NCBI GenBank assembly: GCA_965240325.2
Contig: OZ260670.1
Coordinates: forward strand, 1 to 41,162
DNA: 41,162 nt
Direction of reading: 5' to 3'
Origin: Rebecca billardiae RCC1528
Lineage: Eukaryota; Protista; Haptophyta
Position 1 is the stretch's first letter, and the number at the start of each line of letters is the position of its first letter. The notes under the pieces were generated by a model that was given only the letters and a program-made list of their open reading frames with translations, ran no database searches and was not told the origin of the DNA. The translations under genes were made by a program, and so were the position numbers. Of the stretch, positions 27,992 to 37,879 are shown piece by piece.

Positions 27992-29100
27992 AAGCTAAAA
28001 AGAGGCATGGTTTGAACTAGACCGCCGTAGCTTCGGACTAATCTTGTGTGGAAGCGGTCATATAAAACGCCTACACAAAGAAAAAGTGCGCTTGAAACAA
28101 GACCATGGCTTAGCATAAGAAAAATACTACCTTCCAAGCCTAGAGCGTTTGCCGAAAAAATACCTAGAGTGACAAAGCCCATGTGAGCTACCGAAGAATA
28201 AGCAATAATTTTCTTTAAGTCTACCTGTTGTAAAGTAGAAAGAGAGGCATAAATAATACTCAGAATACTAAGAGTGAATATAAAAGGTGTAAAGAAAGCA
28301 TTGGCCACAGGAAAAAGGGTAAGAGAGAAGCGAAGAAACCCATAACCGCCAAGCTTTAATAGAATACCAGCTAAAATAACAGAACCTGCGGTAGGTGCTT
28401 CAACATGAGCTTCGGGCAACCAGACATGAAAAGGAAACATAGGGATTTTAATAGCAAAAGAAAGAAAAAACCCTAACCATAAAAAGATTTGAGTTTGGAA
28501 ACTGAAGGAGGTACGAAATAATATTTCTAGATCGGTAGTGCCCGAAATATACCACATGTAGAGAATAGCGATAAGCATAAAAACAGAACCTAAAAGAGTA
28601 TATAAAAAGAGTTGAAAAGCAGCATTCATTCTTCGCGATCTAGAGCCCCACACACCGACAATGAAGAACATAGGTAAAAGTGTAGCCTCGAAAGCAATGT
28701 AAAAAAGAAGAGTATCTAACAGGCAAAAAACGGCAATTAAAAAAGATTCCAAAAGCAGCAATGAAACAAAATAGCCTTTTGAGTACGTTTTTACAGCAGA
28801 CCAAGCTGTTAAGACACACACAGGAATTAAAAAAGCTGTAAGTACGATGAGATATAGCGAAAGACCATCTATACCAATAGCAAAACGAAAAACAGGTGCT
28901 AAACTCCAAGAGAAATATTCTACGAACTGGAAACCTTGAGCACTTTCATCAAAAGCAATTAGTAGATGAGCAGAAAGGAAAAATACTAAAAGAGAGATGA
29001 ATAGGGCGAAAAGCCGAAGAGCTTTTTCGTTGCTGGAATTAAAAAAAGAAAGAATAAAAGCACCAAAGAAAGGCAAAAGAATTAGTTGTGACAAAACCAC
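27992..29100 (-). CDS. nad4: NADH dehydrogenase subunit 4, exon 1 (GTG start just after trnL)
   Basis: WLPEAHVEAPTAGSVILAG, DLKKIIAYSSVAHM. Confidence 0.95.
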
Positions 29101-29114
29101 GATTGTGAGAAAAT

Positions 29115-29196
29115 TTTTGAAGAGGAGATTTGAACTCCTACCCGAGAAAGGATTGGAACCTAAACCCAACGTGTCTACCAATTCCACCACTTCAAA
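29115..29196 (-). tRNA. trnL: tRNA-Leu(UAG)
   Basis: Anticodon loop TTTAGGT; variable arm. Confidence 0.93.
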
Positions 29197-29249
29197 CGAC
29201 AAAAAGAATTGTTCCTACCTTTTAGATAAAAAAGAAAGTTTTTTGAGAA

Positions 29250-29480
29250 TTAGAAAGCGAAAAGAATCAAAAAGGCCATCATAAGAGCAAAAAGTGCGAT
29301 AGCTTCTGTTAATGCGAACCCAAGAATGGCGTAAGCAAAAAGTTGTTTTGTTAAGTTAGGGTTACGTGCCGTAGCCGTAACAAGAGAAGCAAAAACGGTA
29401 CCAATACCAGCACCTACACCCGCAAGTGCAATAGTAGCAAGACCAGCTCCAACTAATTTAGCAGATTGTAATAACACCAT
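29250..29480 (-). CDS. atp9: ATP synthase subunit 9
   Basis: [27 protein letters not shown]. Confidence 0.98.
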   Translation of the reverse strand: MVLLQSAKLVGAGLATIALAGVGAGIGTVFASLVTATARNPNLTKQLFAYAILGFALTEAIALFALMMAFLILFAF

Positions 29481-29488
29481 AAACTCCG

Positions 29489-30244
29489 CTAGTGTAGAGC
29501 AATTGCGTCATTAAAATAGATACATGAAAGAACTGTAAAGACATAAGCCTGTAAACACGCAACGCCTAGCTCAAGACCAATAATAGGAACGATAACTAAA
29601 AAAGGCAAGAAGTGTAAAATCATCAAACCAGTACTTTGACCATTAGTAAACATAGCCCAGCTGAAGCCTGCTAGAATTTTTAATAAAGTATGGCCCGCCA
29701 TCATATTAGCGAAAAGTCGAATAGCTAGACTAAGAACACGAAAAACATAAGAGACCAGCTCGATTAATACTAAGAAAGGTGCCATAAATAAAGGACAACC
29801 CCCTGGAAGGAATAGACCTAAAAACTCAATACCATGAATACGAATACCTACGATATTAATAGCAGTGAAAACGGCTAAAGCTATTGAAAAAGTAACGATA
29901 AGATGGCTAGTTATTGTAAAAGAATAAGGAACCATACCCACAAGGTTTGAAAAGAGAATAAAAGAAAAGATAGTGAAAATTAAAGGGAAGAGACTTAAGC
30001 TGTGCTTGCGTATATTTTCTGTAGCTAAGCTTAAAGCGAAAGAATAAATGTTTTCAAAAATAATTTGTATAGAAAAAGGAACTAAACGAGCTTTGTAACA
30101 AGAAGAGATCGCCAGAAAAAAGCTTAGGAAAACAGCAATTAATGTAAGCAACGTAGAGTTTGTAAATGAAAAATCAAAAGGTCCTACAGACATAGGAATA
30201 ATACGAAGTATTTGAAATTGCTCAAGAGGTGAAAAAAAAATCAC
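29489..30244 (-). CDS. atp6: ATP synthase subunit 6 (GTG start; TTG at 30259 is an alternative)
   Basis: [22 protein letters not shown]. Confidence 0.96.
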   Translation of the reverse strand: MIFFSPLEQFQILRIIPMSVGPFDFSFTNSTLLTLIAVFLSFFLAISSCYKARLVPFSIQIIFENIYSFALSLATENIRKHSLSLFPLIFTIFSFILFSNLVGMVPYSFTITSHLIVTFSIALAVFTAINIVGIRIHGIEFLGLFLPGGCPLFMAPFLVLIELVSYVFRVLSLAIRLFANMMAGHTLLKILAGFSWAMFTNGQSTGLMILHFLPFLVIVPIIGLELGVACLQAYVFTVLSCIYFNDAIALH

Positions 30245-30262
30245 AGTTAAAAAAATCAAAAA

Positions 30263-30346
30263 TACTCACTGCCGGGATTGAACCGGCAACTCAAAGATGA
30301 GTACAGGTTTTAAGCCTGACGTGTTTACCTATTTCACCAAGTGAGC
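30263..30346 (-). tRNA. trnL: tRNA-Leu(UAA)
   Basis: Anticodon loop CTTAAAA; variable arm. Confidence 0.93.
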
Positions 30347-30352
30347 ATACAA

Positions 30353-30428
30353 ATACGAGGGCGGGATTTGAACCCACGACTTTCGGATCATGAGCCCGAT
30401 GAGCTTAACCAGACTGCTCTACCTCGTT
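30353..30428 (-). tRNA. trnM: tRNA-fMet(CAU), initiator
   Basis: GGG in the anticodon stem; unpaired 1:72; anticodon CAT. Confidence 0.9.
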
Positions 30429-30818
30429 AAGTATTGATCTAACAGAACGGGGACGGTATAGCTTTTTAGCTAAGTACCTTCCAGGGATAAAAATAAAAGG
30501 AAATGTTTCTATTTTAAAGCTACCAACCTTAATATCTAAACGGTTTCCAAAAGAAAGATTTACAAAGAGAGTATCAGCTAAAAAGAAAAAAAAGGATTTC
30601 GAGCGCAATGATCTATAGTAAAGAATCGAATTGTTTCGGCCCCGATATGGCAAATACCCAAAGGATTTTTTGAACTGAGTGCCAAACCCCAACCCTTTAG
30701 AAAAACCGAGAATACTAACAGAAGGAATAAAAAAAAGCTGAAAAGGGCTTTTAATACCGCGAAATCGTTGAGTAAAATCATAAGAACTAGATAAGTTTAA
30801 ATTTTTTCTATATCGCAT
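30405..30818 (-). CDS. basic 137-aa ORF, possibly highly divergent ribosomal protein S13
   Basis: ATG start between two tRNAs; weak S13-like spacing (SILGF..G..K.FG; FGNRL...V; GR...KKL); stop falls inside trnfM. Confidence 0.4.
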   Translation of the reverse strand: MRYRKNLNLSSSYDFTQRFRGIKSPFQLFFIPSVSILGFSKGLGFGTQFKKSFGYLPYRGRNNSILYYRSLRSKSFFFFLADTLFVNLSFGNRLDIKVGSFKIETFPFIFIPGRYLAKKLYRPRSVRSILNEVEQSG

Positions 30819-30840
30819 GGCTTTTTATAAAAACTAAAAG

Positions 30841-30913
30841 TAAACCTGGTAGGATTTGAACCTACAACTGTTCCATTATGAGCGGAAGGCTCTAACCATT
30901 AAGCTACAGGTTT
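30841..30913 (-). tRNA. trnI: tRNA-Ile(CAU, presumably lysidine-modified)
   Basis: Third CAU tRNA; CCGCTCATAA and TTGTAGGTTC pattern typical of organellar trnI(CAU). Confidence 0.75.
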
Positions 30914-31146
30914 AGAAAAAGGAGTAGGAGCTAGATAAAAAGTAGCGTAGGTGGCAAATAAGATTTAGAAAGCAGAAAGCCCCCTTGACGATAAGGCATT
31001 TTTTTTTCCCTTATTACATGTCATCTCAAAAATTCGTATTGGCCGGGTATGGGTCAGCTTTTATGAAAAAAAGAGGTTACCTGCAAGTAATATTACTTAT
31101 CTTGACCTTTTCCCTAGATAGGTGAACCGAAAGCATGAAGGTTTCA

Positions 31147-31960
31147 AACTTTGCCTTTGGGTAAAGTCTTAACAAAGACAATGTTGCAGAATATAAAGCT
31201 TCTTCTTAAGGAATTTTTCGTCAAACGTTTTTAACGCGACAAGACGATTAAGGTAGCGTATGGTCTAACGTCTGATCACGTTCTAGACATACTTGCTGAT
31301 ATTGAAAAATCCGAGAGCAAGGACCGCAAGCTAACTTCGATTTGTTAAGACCTTGTCAAGGCTCTTGTGAGGCGGAAACTTGAATGAGAAAGCAATTGTC
31401 AAGTCTTTGTTAAGACTTTACTTAAGACCTTACTTTGTCTAATTCGCAAATCAGATACCTTAGGTAAAGAAAACAAGGGACGCAAATTCAAAGAGTCTTG
31501 ACAGAGAGACTCTTGCTTTCAAGTGTTGGGATTGGGAAGGAGAAATCCGGGTTCCAACTCAGCTTTGACCTAGTGACCTAGAGCAAGAATGAGAAAGCAA
31601 TTGTCAAGTCTTTGTTAAGACTTTACTTAAGCCTTTACCTTTACTTAAGACCTTACTTTGTCTTTGTTAAGACCTTGTCAAGGCTCTTGTGAGGCGGAAA
31701 CTTGAATGAGAAAGCAATTGTCAAGTCTTTGTTAAGACTCTTTGTTTGAATTTGCGTCCCTTGTTTTCTTTACCTAAGGTATCTGATTTGCGAATTATCG
31801 ATATCAGCAAGTATGTCTAGAACAAGTATGTCTAGAACGTGATCAGACGTTGGGCCATACGCTAACCTCAATCGTCTTGTCGCGTAAATTCTCTAGTTCT
31901 TCTTTATTGGCTTAAAACCTCAAGATTTTAAGGAAATTCGCAAACGGGCTAAGTTTTACT
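31147..31960. repeat. Modular repeat region (direct and inverted units) downstream of rpo
   Basis: 77-bp direct repeat 31341..31417 = 31663..31739; inverted pairs 31441..31492/31745..31797 and 31234..31302/31801..31885; shares units with 36140..36590. Confidence 0.9.
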
Positions 31961-31961
31961 C

Positions 31962-34900
31962 TTAGCTGCCCGAGTAAAACATGTGGTCGCTTTGCATAAT
32001 GTCCTTTTGAACTTGAGGATCTTTAAGGTCAAGGAACTGGTTATTGTCTCTTAAGCGTCTCTGCAACTTATGAAATTCTTCTTTAAGAATTTCTAGCTCT
32101 TCTCTGTGTTCCTTACAAGTAGCATTTCTTAAGTTTTCATTAAAAAGGTTCTCTATAAAGTCAAAGCTAGAGAAGGTTTCTATGTATAACTTTTTCAGCA
32201 TCTGTATTACGAAATTACCGTCGTTCGGGTGTGTTAAAAAGGCGTCGTGTACTGTAAGCAGAATCTTACTTTTTTTTTTATAATATAGAGCAGTAGCAGC
32301 TCTTACAAAGTAAGAATCTATAGAATGAATGAAATTACTAGGGCTTGCTATTCCTTGTTGTGTACTGACGATAAAAGCGCCAGTTTCTGTTCTTTTTACA
32401 CTTTTTAACTTTAGTCTTTGTCTACCTCTGTAACTTACCAGACGGTAGCTTTCGTCTTGTTTGATATAAGCGAAAGACCCTTGGGTACCACAAGGATGGG
32501 CATAGCAAAAGTTTTTGGTGTATTTAATAGAAAGATCTGCTATCCCTTTAATAATACGTAAGCCCGCATTCGTGGCAGGAGAAATAGAAAGAAGAGAAAT
32601 ATGGAGGACTTTTGCAAGAGCTTCGACCATATCTGGATCATACCTATCTAATATGTTTTTTTCATTCAGGTATTCGTAAATTTTGCCTATCAAGCCTTTA
32701 AGGCCCATCGAATAAAAAAAGGGCATAACTGACCCTTTTGCAAAATCTCGACACTCTAGCATCTCAAAAATGGCTTTGAGGTCGTCTGCTTTATGAAGCA
32801 AAGTTTTCAAACAAGATGCTTTAGCTGCACTAAGGGTTTTAGTTATACGCCGAGGTTTTCGCGGCTGTTTTTTTAGTCTAAAATCTTGTACACAGATATC
32901 GTCATAAGGGGACGATTCAGGTACGTATCCTTGTTTGTCGGGCAGGTTGAGGACAGTGTTTAAGAGAGCAATAGCTCCAGTACTCCAAATTTTATAAATA
33001 TCATTTCTTTCCCCTTTAGAAAGGGCATTTGTCATTTCAGCCAGTTTTTTGTCGCCAAAGCAAAGAGACGCAATCGTAGGGCCACTAGCTGTTTGATCAT
33101 TCTCCGAAAGCAAAGAGGTACTTGCTTTACCACAACGAATCTTTTCGTTTACGACACCAGCAATTCTGCGCACAGAAAATTTAAGATGGTCTTCTTCCTT
33201 CATTTTTGTGAACTTTTCATAGTCTTCTTTTGAAAGACTATTATTGGTATCGCCAAACTTATAGAAATTTACATAACGGTTCATTATTTCGAGATGTTTG
33301 CTTCGGGTAAGTCCTTTGTAAAAACTTTCTGCAAGAACTAGCATTAGAGTTTCCATTCCAGACTCATCTAGTTGTTGACTATCAGAAAGAACTAAAAGAG
33401 ACCTTAAGGTCGAATGGGAAACTTTTGTGACCCCTTTTGAACTGTGATATATCCTTCCACGAAAATCCACCAATGCCGGGTAGTAAAAGGTAATGTCATT
33501 AAAAAACTTAAAAAAGAAAAGCTTGAGGTATTCGTCGATGTATTTTCTTAAAGACAGCTGGCTTACTACTTTGTGATTTATAGGTTTAAAATTACGCAAG
33601 AGCTCGAACTTTTTGACACATAAACGATCTCGAGGATCTGGGGAGTTTGTTTTTACTTGAAGGAATTGTTCACTACGAGAGCTTATAACCTTTTTGTTAA
33701 TTTGTAAAAGTGCATCCTCCTGAGAAATAACTTCACCAGAGCTTTCTAGAAAAAGGTGGGCTTCGTCATTTTTGTTAATAAAGTTAAAGTACTCCGAACT
33801 AAATTTTCTGTAGCACTCTGCTGTTAGATCTTCTTCGACTTTCAACAATTCATTTTTAAGCTCAGCATGCTTTGCTTTTAATTTTTGAAACTCTATGTCC
33901 GGCAATAACCCTAGCTCCTTACGTATTCTCGGGTCAGAAAAGTCTACCTTCTTTTCTAATCTAAAACCAAAAGCTTGAGTCCGATTTATAGCGGATAAAG
34001 CCTCCTCACTAAAAACAATCGAGGAAGTACCATTTTGTATTGGTTTAACCAAGGATACTTTACTTCTATTCAATAAATACCCACCACAGAACGCCCCAGG
34101 TTTAGGAAAGACTCTTTTCCAATCTGCGGGTGGTGAAACCATGGGTAGTTTAGTGAAAACCGTCAAACGGTCAATAAGAGAGGAGATTTCCAAATAGATC
34201 CCACTAGAATTATAGGCTGTATCGGAGATACTAATAGCAGAATATTTGTTTTTAAAAGAAGGGTAGACGTCCGTATCTACGAGAACTTTCTTTTGATCGA
34301 AAACGCCTATTTTAGGAAACTCTCCTTGGTCTTTAATTAAGTTATCTAAAAACCCTGCCGAGATATTAAAGAAAGAAAGATCAACTATCCTAGATAGAGA
34401 ATTTGAATCAAAATATTTTCTCTTCTCAGGAGGCAAAAACAAACCAAGCCTTTCGGTAGATTGAAGAATAGCTTTATTTCTAATTAAAATTTCTTCAGCT
34501 ACACTAGAACAATAAGTGATTTCCAATTGACGGAAAAGGAAATCCTTTACGAAATGATTTAGACTAAAGCCTACTACATTTTTTCTAAACATTACAAAGT
34601 AATGGCGAGCAAGCAAGTTGACCGCAAATACATCTAATTCAGAAGTTTCGAAATTTTCCAGGCTTGCAAAACTTTTGTTTTTTACAAGCTTTGTATTGTA
34701 GTAGTTTGCAAAGTAAATTTTTAGGAAGTGACTCATACTTAAGTTGTCTTTGACTATTATATCACTCCATTTTATGAAGCGAAGGCTTGCAATAGCAAGG
34801 GAAACCTCCGTACTGTCTTTAATAACTTTAGAAACTTCATTAATTACTCTACTAGTAGAGACTGCTGGAATCAGCATGTCCGAGTAGGCCGTTGGAAAGA

Positions 34901-36206
34901 AGACATTAGGAAGCGCATTGGCTTTGTAGGAATCCTTGGTCGTTCTTATAAGGTGGGTATTAAGGGTCAGTACAAAAAGTGGCCAAGCTTCTTTGCCTGG
35001 GGAGTTAGGAAACAGGCAATTACTTATCAAAAGAAGCTGCTCCCTAAGCGCGTCGTGGTAAGGATTCTCTATGGAGTTGTTTGCTCCAAAAGAGATAAGC
35101 TTTTTGGAAAAGTCGGGTAGATCTCCTCCTCGTGCCCGAATTTTTGAAGCAACGGCTTCTTCAAAAGTCTTATAGGGAAAGTTTAGGTCCTCAGACATTC
35201 TGTCGAACACACCCCTTGGATGAGAAGCTAAATTGGCAGTGTCTTCCGAAAAGTGGTTGTATATAGACTGAATTGCCTGGACCCAAAGCTTGTTAGAAAA
35301 ACTGAGCTCGTCAATTTCTTCTATGTCAGAAATACCGGAGATCATGTACTCCTTCTCGATGATTCTTTGAATATTTTCGAGATTCGAAGAACCTTCCGTG
35401 CCAGAAACTTGATTTTTTAAAATTTCCGCTTTAAGCGCTATCAACGCGTTAAATTTTCTTTCGGAAAGATGCAAGCTTGTATCATTGACTATACCTTGCG
35501 AAAGAACTTTCAAATAGGGCTCAATTGCTTTTATATCAAAGCTACAATCCTTTTGAATAGCTTTGATGTAATTTTCCTCAAGCAGAACAAAAACCTTGAC
35601 AGGACCCAGGTTGACGTAAGGCCTATCAAGACTAATTTTAAAGTCATGCGGATATAATTTAAACATCGCCTGTATATAACAAAGGGCGACGATAACATTG
35701 TCTAAACGTCGGGCAATGCCCGAATTTAAAATGTTAAGGTCAAAATAGCCATTGTTATTAGCTATCAAAAATTCTTTTGCCGTAGAAATAACCTTACGTT
35801 GTTTCGCCGGAGTTAAGATGCCAAAAAGATGTTTGGCCAAAGACGGGTAAAATAAAGGTGCCGTCTTTAGTTGAGAGGAAGGTAAAAGGAGCTTTGCGTG
35901 ATCTTCTGTACTGAAAACAAAAACATCAGGCGAGAGAAAATATATGTCGACAGGTATACCCGCAACTAAAATGGCGTCAGAATAAGAGGACATATTGCGA
36001 CAGCGCTTTTTACAAGTAACTGTGCAAAAATCTTGTCTTTTGTAAGGATTACTAATGTAAATTTTTTGCATACCCATCTGTGCCCAGGCGAAGCTTTTGC
36101 TTCGCCTGGGCACACATGAGTAATACCAGAAGGTTCTAAAAACAGCAAGTATGTCTAGAACATGATCAGACGTTGGACCATACGCTACCTTGTTTACTGG
36201 ACCCAA
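31962..36206 (-). CDS. rpo: Phage T3/T7-type single-subunit RNA polymerase (plasmid-like); true start possibly ATG at 35993 or near 36077
   Basis: PMVSPPADW..GGYL, DFRGRIY, motif A DQTASG, motif B R...K..VM...Y, SNFIHSIDS, motif C TVHDAF; uninterrupted frame. Confidence 0.92.
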   Translation of the reverse strand: MGPVNKVAYGPTSDHVLDILAVFRTFWYYSCVPRRSKSFAWAQMGMQKIYISNPYKRQDFCTVTCKKRCRNMSSYSDAILVAGIPVDIYFLSPDVFVFSTEDHAKLLLPSSQLKTAPLFYPSLAKHLFGILTPAKQRKVISTAKEFLIANNNGYFDLNILNSGIARRLDNVIVALCYIQAMFKLYPHDFKISLDRPYVNLGPVKVFVLLEENYIKAIQKDCSFDIKAIEPYLKVLSQGIVNDTSLHLSERKFNALIALKAEILKNQVSGTEGSSNLENIQRIIEKEYMISGISDIEEIDELSFSNKLWVQAIQSIYNHFSEDTANLASHPRGVFDRMSEDLNFPYKTFEEAVASKIRARGGDLPDFSKKLISFGANNSIENPYHDALREQLLLISNCLFPNSPGKEAWPLFVLTLNTHLIRTTKDSYKANALPNVFFPTAYSDMLIPAVSTSRVINEVSKVIKDSTEVSLAIASLRFIKWSDIIVKDNLSMSHFLKIYFANYYNTKLVKNKSFASLENFETSELDVFAVNLLARHYFVMFRKNVVGFSLNHFVKDFLFRQLEITYCSSVAEEILIRNKAILQSTERLGLFLPPEKRKYFDSNSLSRIVDLSFFNISAGFLDNLIKDQGEFPKIGVFDQKKVLVDTDVYPSFKNKYSAISISDTAYNSSGIYLEISSLIDRLTVFTKLPMVSPPADWKRVFPKPGAFCGGYLLNRSKVSLVKPIQNGTSSIVFSEEALSAINRTQAFGFRLEKKVDFSDPRIRKELGLLPDIEFQKLKAKHAELKNELLKVEEDLTAECYRKFSSEYFNFINKNDEAHLFLESSGEVISQEDALLQINKKVISSRSEQFLQVKTNSPDPRDRLCVKKFELLRNFKPINHKVVSQLSLRKYIDEYLKLFFFKFFNDITFYYPALVDFRGRIYHSSKGVTKVSHSTLRSLLVLSDSQQLDESGMETLMLVLAESFYKGLTRSKHLEIMNRYVNFYKFGDTNNSLSKEDYEKFTKMKEEDHLKFSVRRIAGVVNEKIRCGKASTSLLSENDQTASGPTIASLCFGDKKLAEMTNALSKGERNDIYKIWSTGAIALLNTVLNLPDKQGYVPESSPYDDICVQDFRLKKQPRKPRRITKTLSAAKASCLKTLLHKADDLKAIFEMLECRDFAKGSVMPFFYSMGLKGLIGKIYEYLNEKNILDRYDPDMVEALAKVLHISLLSISPATNAGLRIIKGIADLSIKYTKNFCYAHPCGTQGSFAYIKQDESYRLVSYRGRQRLKLKSVKRTETGAFIVSTQQGIASPSNFIHSIDSYFVRAATALYYKKKSKILLTVHDAFLTHPNDGNFVIQMLKKLYIETFSSFDFIENLFNENLRNATCKEHREELEILKEEFHKLQRRLRDNNQFLDLKDPQVQKDIMQSDHMFYSGS

Positions 36207-36591
36207 TACTTGAACTAGAAAGCAAGACTCTTTGTGAGGCGGAAACTTGAATTTAGCGGCCCTTGTTTTTTTTACCTAATGTATCTGATTTGCGAATTTA
36301 TCGAAGTTAGCTTGCGGTCCTTGCTCTCGAATTTTTCAATATCAGCAAGTATGTCTAGAACGTGATCAGACGTTGGACCATACGCTACCTCAATCGTCTT
36401 GTCGCGTTTTTCATAAAAACGTTTGACGAAAAATTCCTTAAGAAGAAGCTTTATATTCTGCAACATTACCCAAAGGCAAAGTTGTTGTGTTAAAAATTCT
36501 CTAGTTCTTCTTTATTTTACGGCTTAAAACCTCAAGGCTTTAAGGAAATTCGCAAATGGGCTAAGAGTAAAACATGTGGTCGCTTTGCATA
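36140..36591. repeat. Repeat region upstream of rpo
   Basis: 36300..36483 is an inverted copy of 31147..31341; 36247..36298, 36341..36406 and 36494..36591 are direct copies of parts of 31746..31998. Confidence 0.9.
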
Positions 36592-36845
36592 TGAATAGAT
36601 GAATAGACTAAAGAAACTAGAAAGACTAAGAAACTAAGCTTTTGTTAAGGTTTCTCAGCCCGCCAGCCTTTCTACCGTGATTTACCTTTTAGTCATGGTA
36701 CATATTTACTATTAAGGTGTGGTGTTATTTAGGCGTGGTAGTACCTAGTAAATATAGGGTCTGAATATATAGACGTCATTTTGAAAATTGCGGTTGTATT
36801 AAGCTATCGACCTTAGCGTGAAACTCAGTGCTAACTAAATAATTT

Positions 36846-36932
36846 AGGAAAAAGCGGGATTCGAACCCGCGATACCTTAGAGAGTATACCAGTTTTCAAA
36901 ACTGGCGCTTTTGACCGCTCAGCCATTTTTCC
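36846..36932 (-). tRNA. trnS: tRNA-Ser(UGA)
   Basis: Anticodon arm CCAGT-TTTGAAA-ACTGG; long variable arm. Confidence 0.95.
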
Positions 36933-36934
36933 AT

Positions 36935-37007
36935 TACCCCCTACGGGATTTGAACCCGTGTTTACGCTGTGAAAAAGCGCTGTCCTTACCTGCTAGACGA
37001 AAGGGGC
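36935..37007 (-). tRNA. trnE: tRNA-Glu(UUC)
   Basis: Anticodon loop TTTTCAC. Confidence 0.94.
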
Positions 37008-37019
37008 CTTTGTAAGTCT

Positions 37020-37092
37020 AGCCAAGTGACGGAATCGAACCGTCGACTTTTTGCTTACAAAACAAAAGCTCTACCTGCTGAGCTAACTTGGC
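37020..37092 (-). tRNA. trnT: tRNA-Thr(UGU)
   Basis: GCC acceptor start; anticodon loop TTTGTAA. Confidence 0.94.
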
Positions 37093-37111
37093 CGAAGAAA
37101 TCAAATTTCGT

Positions 37112-37744
37112 CTACTTTAGTTGAATGCTATCAAAAGGTGCTTTTGATACCTGATAAAAAATATCTTGTTTTAAAGAGGAGTTTATCTTTAACAAGCTTA
37201 AGACAATAGCACCTATCATCGCTACAAAAAGAAGAAGTCCTGCAAGAATAAAAGGAAAAACTAAGTCTCTATATATTAAGAAACCCAAAAGTTGTATATT
37301 TGAAGCTCCTAGAATGTATGATTCGAAAGATTGATGTGATAAAAGGCTATCGCAAAAAAGGTTCCGGTTAGCAAAATCTCGGTGTATAAAGTCTCCAAAA
37401 ACTGGTAAGAAGTCATTGCTTATTACAAACGAAATTTCTAGAAGAAAAATAAGCCCTAATATTAACCCTAAAGGTACGTAACTAACAGAAGAGTCTGTTA
37501 TTTCGTTAAGTTTTACATTTAACATCATTATCACGAAAAGAAATAATACAGCTACCGCTCCGACATAAACAACAAGAAATAATAGCGAAATAAATTCTAC
37601 TCGAAGTACTAAAAGGACACCTGAAACATTTACGAAAACAAAAATAAGAGCAAACACTGAGTGTACCGGGTTTGTAGCACTCACGACAACGGCAGAGGAT
37701 ACTAAAGCAAAACTAGAAAAAAGAAATGAAATTAATTGTGACAT
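37112..37744 (-). CDS. nad6: NADH dehydrogenase subunit 6
   Basis: NPVHSV, VYVGAVAVLFLFVIMML, AMIGAIVL. Confidence 0.97.
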   Translation of the reverse strand: MSQLISFLFSSFALVSSAVVVSATNPVHSVFALIFVFVNVSGVLLVLRVEFISLLFLVVYVGAVAVLFLFVIMMLNVKLNEITDSSVSYVPLGLILGLIFLLEISFVISNDFLPVFGDFIHRDFANRNLFCDSLLSHQSFESYILGASNIQLLGFLIYRDLVFPFILAGLLLFVAMIGAIVLSLLKINSSLKQDIFYQVSKAPFDSIQLK

Positions 37745-37776
37745 CCAATTTTTACTACTTACGTCTTTTATATAAA

Positions 37777-37866
37777 CAGAAAGGACGGGATTCGAACCCG
37801 CGACGTAAAATTTTTTTACGTGTCAATTTAGCAAACTGATGCTTTCGGCCACTCAGCCACCTCTCT
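37777..37866 (-). tRNA. trnS: tRNA-Ser(GCU)
   Basis: Anticodon loop TTGCTAA; long variable arm. Confidence 0.94.
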
Positions 37867-37879
37867 GTTTTTAAAAAAG

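Noticed and set aside
31340-31740. Possible CRISPR-like array
   Set aside because: Repeats are irregular in length and spacing with no unique spacers, and the context is organellar
36272-36466. 64-aa ORF sharing VAYGPTSDHVLDILA with the rpo ORF N-terminus
   Set aside because: It lies wholly within the repeat units; other copies are disrupted and no family is recognisable
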